From: a virus
Taxonomy: Duplodnaviria > Caudoviricetes
Reading direction: 5' to 3' (one strand)
Virus record (IMG/VR): IMGVR_UViG_3300009442_000023
Location: 1 to 30,592 of that record
DNA length: 30,592 nucleotides
Below, piece by piece: positions 7,827 to 14,820 of this stretch. The first letter of the stretch is position 1. Every line of letters starts with the position of its first letter. Both the position numbers and the translations under genes were made by a program. The notes below the pieces were generated by a model, which saw only the letters and a list, made by a program, of their open reading frames with translations, did no database searches and had not been told where the DNA came from.

Positions 7827-9040
7827 TATATATCCCTCGATTTGATGTGTACTGCCTTACCCTCATCGGGTACTGCGCCCTTGTTATCCAGTATCGCCCA
7901 GAGTATAGGGCAAGTCCAGTCACCCCAGCCAGAGTACAAGTAGCCATCAGTAAGGACGATACACGCTTGGGGCTTGATACCCTCGTCGGCCATGTACTGC
8001 GTGACACAGTTGACATCGGTACCACCACCACCCATAGGCTTGGTAGACTTGACCAGATTGTCTAGGTCGTGCATGTCGTATACCTCGTCACCCACAACAC
8101 TGCTACCCCAGTACAGTAGACGTAGCTTGTCAGGTTTGACTGTGTCGCATACACCCTTGACCTCAGACAGGAACGCTGTCAACTCTCGTTGTCTGACAGA
8201 GCCTGACGTGTCAATGGCAATGACCAACTCACCCACCTGCTCACTGATACCGCTAGGCATGATGATACCCTGACTCATCAACCTGCGATTGGGTCGAGCG
8301 TATGTAGAGTAGTCGCTACCTGCACACGTATTCTGGATGAACTCACGTAGCACCTCGCGCCAGTCAACCTGTGGCTGTAGTAACTCGTCGAGATCGCGGT
8401 TGCCTGTACCCCCCATCTTACCTGCGGCCATGGCACCCTGACGTATAGCCTCGTCAATGTCACGCGCCAACTCACGCTTGTCCTCGTCGGATAGAGACTG
8501 CGCACCCTCCCAGTCATGCTCGTCAAGTCCTGCGGTGCCGTCTTCACTCTGTCCACCATCACCCTGTGAGTCTTGCGACTGCTCGTCTTGCTCCTTGCGT
8601 AGGATGTTGAACACCTGTGCGCTGTCCATACCACGGAACCGTTCATCGACTAGCCCACCCTCGGGCAGTGTGGCGAACCCATCTTGCCTGTTGTCATCGA
8701 CGATCTTGATGTTGATAACGTAGTCACACGCGCAGTTAGCTAGGTGTGGGTCAATGTCATACATCCACTTCCATATCTCAAGGTGACGGTGTAGCTTGTG
8801 TCCCTCATCCTCGTGCAGTACTAGCCCACGCAATTCGGCATCGGTCAGTCCGTCAACGAATGCACGTCCGTACTTCACATCACGCCCGTTGGTACACGCT
8901 GTCGGTACATCGTCCTCGATAGTTTTCTCACCGATCATCAACACACCTGCTAGTGCTGTATATCTCGGGTGTCCCATGATGGCAACGACTGCTTTGGACA
9001 GTCGCTCCTCTGCTGTAAGTTGTTTACCTATAGTTAACAT
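7826..9040 (-). CDS. Metallopeptidase-like + VWA domain protein (DUF2201-like)
   Basis: PTACTNG, LHEDEGH, NCACDYVIN; acidic linker; VWA MIDAS motifs DTSGS, GGGGT, LTDG. Confidence 0.85.
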   Translation of the reverse strand: MLTIGKQLTAEERLSKAVVAIMGHPRYTALAGVLMIGEKTIEDDVPTACTNGRDVKYGRAFVDGLTDAELRGLVLHEDEGHKLHRHLEIWKWMYDIDPHLANCACDYVINIKIVDDNRQDGFATLPEGGLVDERFRGMDSAQVFNILRKEQDEQSQDSQGDGGQSEDGTAGLDEHDWEGAQSLSDEDKRELARDIDEAIRQGAMAAGKMGGTGNRDLDELLQPQVDWREVLREFIQNTCAGSDYSTYARPNRRLMSQGIIMPSGISEQVGELVIAIDTSGSVRQRELTAFLSEVKGVCDTVKPDKLRLLYWGSSVVGDEVYDMHDLDNLVKSTKPMGGGGTDVNCVTQYMADEGIKPQACIVLTDGYLYSGWGDWTCPILWAILDNKGAVPDEGKAVHIKSRDI

Positions 9041-9227
9041 GATTTACTCCCGTAAATACTCGGACTCTACGTCCACACATACTACACCTTGATACCCAGT
9101 CACCGGCTGGCTTGGTACACCGACAATACCTATTGCGAGTATCCTCCGCGAACTCGTACCTACCACACGTCTTAAACTTGGTAGGGTGTAGTCTTAGTTG
9201 TAACAATTCGCTACGCGTTATCTTCAT
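9024..9227 (-). CDS. Small Cys-rich putative zinc-binding protein
   Basis: CRC...CSMC; ATGA overlap with the ATPase stop. Confidence 0.55.
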   Translation of the reverse strand: MKITRSELLQLRLHPTKFKTCGRYEFAEDTRNRYCRCTKPAGDWVSRCSMCGRRVRVFTGVNHVNYR

Positions 9228-10294
9228 ACCTTGTCACTTGCGAACATGTAGTTGTTCTGCATAGCCCACGTGGTGAACTCCTTACTCTGCATCACAACAT
9301 CGCGGTGCGCATACGAGTTAGCACGTATGCCATTGGCGAACAGACCTTGCGCCTCCTTGTCGAGACGTTGCATGTACGTCACCCACGCATCAACCCAGTC
9401 ACGTTGCATCGCACCCATAGCACGGAACACTGTCATACATACTGCTGATGCTGACTCGGGTACTTTGGCATTGAGCGGATCGTCCTTGATAGACTGTAGG
9501 CTCGGTAGTTGGTCGGCCAGCTTCACAAACGCCATCATGTCCATAGCGCCACGATCACCGATAGTACCCATAAGTAAAGCTGTTAGGGTGTGATCGTCAT
9601 ACTGATCGCGTAACTTGAGCACGTCACTCGCGGCCTCCAATGATCTTGGGGTGATAAACGCGGCACGCGACTGCTTGGGGTGGAAGATGTACGGGTTGTC
9701 ATCGGGGTTCTTCACGTCCTCGAAGCCTTGCAACACCTGTGGAAACTCGCGCACGAACCCGAGCACACTGTGATCGACACCGTTACTGATACCCCAGTCG
9801 ATAAACTCGTCACTGGTAGACTTGCGTGCTGTGACCACTGTGATGCGATTGCGTGCGTGTGGTGGTAGCAGATCGCCCACACCCTCTGCGCCTAGGTTGG
9901 TCGTGGCGAATATGATACTGCCCTCGGGGAATCGGTTGCGTTCCAACATATCACGTAGTAACGCGTTCTTGACTGATGCATTAGCCTTACCGTACTCGTC
10001 GATCATTAGTATCACCGGCTTGTCGAGGTGCAACCCCAACTCCTCATTGGGTAGGTATGTCACGTACCCCTGCTCGGTGTTGAGTGATGGTATGCTCAGA
10101 TCACCCAAGTCCTTGGTCGTACAGTCGAAGTAGCATGGCGTGTGGGTAGGGAATCTATCTGCTAACGTCTTTAACAGTGATGACTTACCGTTACCCATGT
10201 GACCCTGTATGAGTATGGTGCGTTGGTGGCCAACAGTAGCGATAGCGTTGGCGATCTGGTCTAGCGATAATGCGTACATATTTTGAGTGTTCAT
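9224..10294 (-). CDS. AAA+ ATPase (MoxR/CobS-like)
   Basis: Walker A GHMGNGKS, Walker B LMIDE, sensor ATTN, NR arginine finger, TPRS. Confidence 0.9.
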   Translation of the reverse strand: MNTQNMYALSLDQIANAIATVGHQRTILIQGHMGNGKSSLLKTLADRFPTHTPCYFDCTTKDLGDLSIPSLNTEQGYVTYLPNEELGLHLDKPVILMIDEYGKANASVKNALLRDMLERNRFPEGSIIFATTNLGAEGVGDLLPPHARNRITVVTARKSTSDEFIDWGISNGVDHSVLGFVREFPQVLQGFEDVKNPDDNPYIFHPKQSRAAFITPRSLEAASDVLKLRDQYDDHTLTALLMGTIGDRGAMDMMAFVKLADQLPSLQSIKDDPLNAKVPESASAVCMTVFRAMGAMQRDWVDAWVTYMQRLDKEAQGLFANGIRANSYAHRDVVMQSKEFTTWAMQNNYMFASDKV

Positions 10295-10298
10295 AATG

Positions 10299-10342
10299 GT
10301 ATTGCTCCAATTGTTTTGTATACATATGTATACATTTAGTTT
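10299..10342 (-). repeat. 44-bp palindrome+RBS cassette, copy A
   Basis: 42/44 identical to 11451-11494; contains TGTATACATATGTATACA (10317-10334). Confidence 0.9.
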
Positions 10343-10344
10343 AG

Positions 10345-10533
10345 TTACAGCGTTTCAACAATGCGGCCATCAACGGCCACGATCTTGTAATACGACACGC
10401 GGTGCGTACGTAGCGTGCGTAGGTTCTTGTAGTGCTTGGTGCGCTTGTAGTTGCGCACTCGTAACACCGTTTGACCGTCAAGGTTTCCCAGTATCTGACG
10501 GTCGTTTGAGTCATAGGCTTCAACGTAATACAT
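10345..10533 (-). CDS. 62-aa basic hypothetical protein
   Basis: Probable start ATG 10533 (MYYVEAY), just after the upstream stop, with GGAG RBS. Confidence 0.6.
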   Translation of the reverse strand: MYYVEAYDSNDRQILGNLDGQTVLRVRNYKRTKHYKNLRTLRTHRVSYYKIVAVDGRIVETL

Positions 10534-10534
10534 A

Positions 10535-11446
10535 TCACAACTCCAATGATGGTAGTGACTTGATGACATCGTCCACTGCCTGTTTGGTTTCGGCACGGAA
10601 AGACTCGTTATTGCGTAGCCCATCGGGAGTGACCCCGCGTAGCGTATCGTCTAGCTTACGCGCCATCTCGGACATCTGGCTGTCACCTGCTACGTTACAC
10701 ACGTTAAGCAGTTCTACCATGTCGAGCACGTTGTCAACTAATGAATCGCGAAACACTTTCTTCTTGTCATCGCCACCATAGTCTAGCCGGTCGGACATAT
10801 TAGACAGTGCTTTGTACGTACGTTGCCACACGTCACTCATCGCGGAATCCAACTGCTTGCGGTAGTACTCGTTATAGTGCGACTCCAACACGTCACGCTG
10901 CTCGTTGCCCACGTCAACACGAAAGTCACCGGCCTCGGGTAGCGGAATATATGAGATGTTGAACGCGAACTTGCTACGTATCGACGCCTCGGTCGGGTAG
11001 TCATCGGCCCGAAACAAACTACCGATCCGTGCCTGTGCCCTGCTCACCTCCCACGTATAGTTGTTACAGAACGTATCGACCATGTTCTCGAACTCGTTTT
11101 GCAGCTCGGTCATCTGCTGGTGGTACTTGAAGTATTGCGCGGTCGGTAGCAGTCGCATACCCAGATCGCTCCATGGCATTGTCATGCTGTAGTGGATGTT
11201 GCGTGCGCTTGCCACAAATTTCTGTATGGCGGTCAACTCGTCGCAGTTACCCAGTAACTTCTTATTGACTGATGCCGTACCGTTATCGGCATAGTTCTGG
11301 CTAGTCACTGATGCGGATGCTGACTTGTCTTTCTTGCGCCCCGTCCAGCAACTGATCTTCAACTCGCCCAACATGGCACTCGACCCGATTGATGGTGCGC
11401 TTGCCTGTGGTGCTGTTGTTACTACCATTTGATTTAGATTGTTCAT
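10535..11446 (-). CDS. DUF3150-like protein, first gene of early operon
   Basis: L.IS.WTGRKKD, TMPWSDLGMRLLP, DYP...IRSKF; typical neighbour of AAA/VWA pairs. Confidence 0.65.
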   Translation of the reverse strand: MNNLNQMVVTTAPQASAPSIGSSAMLGELKISCWTGRKKDKSASASVTSQNYADNGTASVNKKLLGNCDELTAIQKFVASARNIHYSMTMPWSDLGMRLLPTAQYFKYHQQMTELQNEFENMVDTFCNNYTWEVSRAQARIGSLFRADDYPTEASIRSKFAFNISYIPLPEAGDFRVDVGNEQRDVLESHYNEYYRKQLDSAMSDVWQRTYKALSNMSDRLDYGGDDKKKVFRDSLVDNVLDMVELLNVCNVAGDSQMSEMARKLDDTLRGVTPDGLRNNESFRAETKQAVDDVIKSLPSLEL

Positions 11447-11450
11447 AACT

Positions 11451-11494
11451 GTATTGCTCCGATTGATTTGTATACATATGTATACATTTAGTTT
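11451..11494 (-). repeat. 44-bp palindrome+RBS cassette, copy B
   Basis: Contains TGTATACATATGTATACA (11469-11486) and the GGAG RBS of the 11446 gene. Confidence 0.9.
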
Positions 11495-11550
11495 GTGCTG
11501 ACACGTTTAGCTGTGTCGCCCCGTAGGCCATAACTCGACCTACTAAAACC

Positions 11551-11578
11551 ATTATACAGGAATGGCGGCTTATGTCAA
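11551..11578 (-). promoter_or_regulatory. Consensus sigma70 early promoter
   Basis: TTGACA (11578-11573), 16-nt spacer, TATAAT (11556-11551). Confidence 0.85.
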
Positions 11579-11656
11579 ATGGTACACAAACGTGTTGTTT
11601 AGTGGGTAGCGGTGTAGTGTACTACGTTGTACTAGTGTGTACCTACGTGTGGTCTG

Positions 11657-11968
11657 TAAGTTATTGATTTTAAAACAATGTTACTTTGTTACCTTTTTCG
11701 TGGAAATATGAGGGTATTATTTTAAGGTGAAAGGGGAGGTAACAAAGGCAGGATTTTTTGAACTCCGGATACTATTTTTGTAAAAGGTAACATTATAAAT
11801 TATTTATTAAAAAGAGTATAAAAAAGGCCATTTTCCGCATATGCCTGATCATGCATTGTCACGAAACAGCACGTTTAGATACTTTTTGTATTGTTACTTT
11901 TTGGCCTAAAAAAAGGTAACATTGCGGTAACATTACAAGAAAAAAAGTAACATTGTAAAAGTAACAAT
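11657..11968. other. Putative replication origin
   Basis: ORF-free AT-rich stretch; IHF consensus WATCAAN4TTR at 11657-11669 (minus strand); nine GTAACA/TGTTAC copies. Confidence 0.55.
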
Positions 11969-12141
11969 GCGACCCGCCACGCGAGAGCTATAACTGGTAT
12001 CTATAAAATGTATACATATGTATACAAGCCACACTGTCCACGCGCTAACGTGCCATGGTGTGCGACCCGCAGCGCGGCAGCTATAACTGGTATCAGCAAC
12101 GTCACGCGAGGCGCAACGCGGAGGCTGGAACTGGTATCAGC
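11968..12141. repeat. Three imperfect ~34-bp direct repeats ending AACTGGTATC
   Basis: 11968-12001 and 12061-12094 are 30/34 identical; third copy at 12112-12138. Confidence 0.85.
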
Positions 12142-12158
12142 CGACTTTTCTCGGGGCG

Positions 12159-12184
12159 AAAAAAAAGCCCCGCCGGAGCGGGGC
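12159..12184 (-). terminator. Rho-independent terminator
   Basis: GCCCCGC-TCCG-GCGGGGC followed by T8 on the minus strand. Confidence 0.9.
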
Positions 12185-12190
12185 CAGTTG

Positions 12191-12301
12191 TTATCCTTGT
12201 ATCAGTAACCAAACCATAGTGAGTAGGACAGCACCAGCAGGGATTAGAAAAATCAGAGCCAGCGCCCCTAGAATTGTTTTAGTGATTTCATTTTTTGTCA
12301 T
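12191..12301 (-). CDS. 36-aa single-TM peptide (not in ORF track)
   Basis: MTKNEITKTILGALALIFLIPAGAVLLTMVWLLIQG*; GGAG RBS; ends just before the terminator. Confidence 0.65.
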   Translation of the reverse strand: MTKNEITKTILGALALIFLIPAGAVLLTMVWLLIQG

Positions 12302-12342
12302 AACTTACTCCAGTGAGAATGGCCATCCTTGGCCGGTGGTGA

Positions 12343-12936
12343 TTAGTGGTTGACTACGATCTGCTGGGCCTTAGCTAGCAGGTCAATCAGTTTTACTACA
12401 TCGAACTCCGGCTCCTCAATTGCCTGCGCTCGCTTGGCCGCCTGTTGTAGTGACTCCAGTACCTTGGCCGCCGATCCCGCCGCCTTGGCTGGGCCGGTGG
12501 ATTGTTGGGGTGCTCTACCGCGCTTGCCCGTGGCTGTGGACTTACTGGCTTTATGCTCAGGGTCTTGGCGTAATCGCATGGCCTCTTTATCGGCCGAGAC
12601 TTTCCTGTTTACGTCCGTCCTTAACTTATTTTTCTTGGCTATATCCTCTTTGCTAAGTGCTGTGTTGGGCGTCTCGTATAGCTTCTGTGCCCATGCTCCG
12701 AATCCTTTCCGCCGTGCCGCAAATAGCGCCTCCCTTAATTCTGGCGTGGCCGTCGATCCCTCAGCCTTAACTGGCAAGAAATCAGTCCAAAGCATGCCGT
12801 CGCTAATCATTTGATCATATGCCGCCTGCGCTTTCTTGCGGGCGCTTTCCTCACTGCCAGTGACTTTGCTTAATAAATCAGCCGCCTTCGAAGTGAACCG
12901 CTCAGGGATTGCTTTTGCTTCATTTGTATTTGACAT
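12343..12936 (-). CDS. Hypothetical Ala/Lys-rich early protein
   Basis: 197-aa ORF with AAGG RBS. Confidence 0.8.
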   Translation of the reverse strand: MSNTNEAKAIPERFTSKAADLLSKVTGSEESARKKAQAAYDQMISDGMLWTDFLPVKAEGSTATPELREALFAARRKGFGAWAQKLYETPNTALSKEDIAKKNKLRTDVNRKVSADKEAMRLRQDPEHKASKSTATGKRGRAPQQSTGPAKAAGSAAKVLESLQQAAKRAQAIEEPEFDVVKLIDLLAKAQQIVVNH

Positions 12937-13016
12937 AACTTAATACCTTGTAAAATGCGCGGGCTTGTAATGGTGCCGCGTTAACCAACCAAACCAGTGT
13001 TGGCTTGATGGTTCAC

Positions 13017-13044
13017 ATATTAACAGGTTTAGGCGTGATCGCAA
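13017..13044 (-). promoter_or_regulatory. Possible sigma70 promoter for the 12936 gene
   Basis: TTGCGA, 16-nt spacer, TAATAT with TGn extension; the 18-bp palindrome lies just upstream (13061-13078). Confidence 0.4.
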
Positions 13045-13332
13045 TAGATAGGTTACAAATTGTATACATATGTATACATTACTGGCGATCTGGTAGGTTT
13101 AATCACAGATGGCCAGAATCCGATACCTACCCCGCCCCCATGACCCGCTATGTCAGGACGGAGTCCCGGCGCTCTATATATTACTAATTTCCACGAATAA
13201 ATCGTTATTTTTTGAGTTCGGCACCCCTACCCCCTCTATATAGGAACACCCCCCACCTCTTTTTCCGACCCCTTGTAAAAAATTTTTTATACTGTACGGT
13301 GTACGTTCTAGTAGGTATTACGTGGATAGCGA

Positions 13333-13767
13333 GTGAAGAGAGTAAAAGACAGGCTAGACAACACGGCACATATAGGGAGAGTAGGTGAGTTTTTTGCTAT
13401 GTATGTTTTAGAGCGTCACGGGGTAGAGTGCTACCATGTAGACCGTTCCGGCGTAGACCTATGGGGACAGTCGTACTACGAAGACATGTTCACGTTGCAG
13501 ATAAAAGCAGCAAACCTAGCTACCCTGAAGAGGAAGGATTCCAAAGACCAATACAAGTATTGTTTTAATATACGCAAAGAGCGTATAGCAGACTTCCATA
13601 TGTTTATAGCTTTAGACATACAGCGAGTGATGGTAAAAAGAACAAAAGACTTGAAAGCGGCTTGCAGTTTACAGCTATCCGCAGATGCATTTACAGAAGA
13701 AGTAGAGGAGGAAGGGCTAGACCTCCTCCGTAATTTTAGAAGGGAAGGCCGTCCTCTAGGGCTATGA
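13333..13767 (+). CDS. Free-standing PD-(D/E)XK endonuclease
   Basis: GRVGE...GVDL...LQIKA motif (E, D, QxK). Confidence 0.7.
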   Translation: MKRVKDRLDNTAHIGRVGEFFAMYVLERHGVECYHVDRSGVDLWGQSYYEDMFTLQIKAANLATLKRKDSKDQYKYCFNIRKERIADFHMFIALDIQRVMVKRTKDLKAACSLQLSADAFTEEVEEEGLDLLRNFRREGRPLGL

Positions 13768-13828
13768 CAAATAGTCCTGCCACCACAAGTACACACGCCG
13801 AAACAATAAACACAGTAAAACCAAACAC
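13736..13828 (-). CDS. 30-aa hydrophobic peptide antisense to the late arm (not in ORF track)
   Basis: GTG start with GAGG RBS; MFGFTVFIVSACVLVVAGLFVIALEDGLPF*; upstream TTCCGA-N17-TACAAT. Confidence 0.5.
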   Translation of the reverse strand: MFGFTVFIVSACVLVVAGLFVIALEDGLPF

Positions 13829-14006
13829 AAAGGAACCTCAGAACAGTAGGGGGTTGAAAGAGGCGCTATTGTACAAGTGATCGAGTATGATCGGAAATGT
13901 ATAATAATCATGTAAGACATATCATTTATGGTATGTAACTGTTTCTTGTCTTGTGTAAACAAGTATGGTACAAAGGCACTCCGGTTTAACAACCTGCGAT
14001 TACAAT

Positions 14007-14591
14007 ATGACGATTAAACTCGAACCCGAGACAGGGGTTCCGCTATTTGATGACGACCCCGCCGTGGACTTGAGTGTCCGTGCGCGAGCAGCGAAGACGA
14101 CAGCCTTAGAGCTAGCAGAACATGGGTTAGAACTTAAACCCAGCAAAGAAGATGAAGACGTGGCAGCTAAACTTGCCATAGCGTATGCCGATGATCCTGA
14201 AAAGACATCGAAAAAAGCAACAAACAAACGTATGGCTAACCTGACCCCAGCCTCGCTGGTGCTAACTAGCAACATACTCACGGAATTTGGCGCCTCTGTA
14301 GTGGAGTCAGCCGTTTCTGTGCGCCACTTAGTAACGAATAAGCTAATATTAGAGACCGAGAACCCCGACCCACGTGTCCGTATTCGAGCGTTGGAGTTAC
14401 TGGGTAAGATTTCGGACGTAGGGTTGTTTGCAGAGAAGTCAGAAGTAACCGTTACGCATCAGTCAACAGATGATTTGAAGGCAAAACTGCGTAGGAAGCT
14501 AGAAAAGCTGGTAAATCCTGCGGATGAAGTGACACTGGACGGTGAAGTTGTAGACGTAGACGCAGAATTGGGGGTAAGTACGGATGGCTAA
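14007..14591 (+). CDS. Probable terminase small subunit
   Basis: Lies upstream of terL; RIRALELLGK...GLF.EKSEVTV motif. Start is either 14007 or 13965. Confidence 0.6.
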   Translation: MTIKLEPETGVPLFDDDPAVDLSVRARAAKTTALELAEHGLELKPSKEDEDVAAKLAIAYADDPEKTSKKATNKRMANLTPASLVLTSNILTEFGASVVESAVSVRHLVTNKLILETENPDPRVRIRALELLGKISDVGLFAEKSEVTVTHQSTDDLKAKLRRKLEKLVNPADEVTLDGEVVDVDAELGVSTDG

Positions 14592-14820
14592 GACGTATAT
14601 CCACGTAAACCAACACAAAATCCGTGCCAACTTAAAGAATGGGACGAACGAACCCGTAATTACCGTAAAACAAGGCAAGAAAAACACGTACTGTAGCTCT
14701 GTAACTATAAATGGGCCGTCTGAAGTGCTGCAAAGTACCACAGATAAACCGATTTTAAGCTGTGGGGCGCGAGTAGTCATGGTAACTACCGCTGATGTGA
14801 CTATAAATGACTGCGCCTAG
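14584..14820 (+). CDS. Conserved phage hypothetical protein
   Basis: IHVNQHKIRAN...EPVITVK...LSCGARV; overlaps both neighbours. Confidence 0.7.
   Translation: MAKTYIHVNQHKIRANLKNGTNEPVITVKQGKKNTYCSSVTINGPSEVLQSTTDKPILSCGARVVMVTTADVTINDCA

Noticed and set aside
10287-10781. Plus-strand ORFs across the early arm (also 3273-3650, 12350-12814 and others)
   Set aside because: They are antisense shadows of well-supported minus-strand genes, with no RBS or recognisable motifs.
11968-12141. Mini CRISPR array
   Set aside because: The repeats are degenerate, the spacing is irregular, and there are no cas genes apart from a distant Cas4-like exonuclease typical of phage replication modules.
12008-12208. 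66-aa ORF (and 13005-13187)
   Set aside because: They run through palindromes, repeats, a terminator or a promoter, and are better explained as non-coding control DNA.
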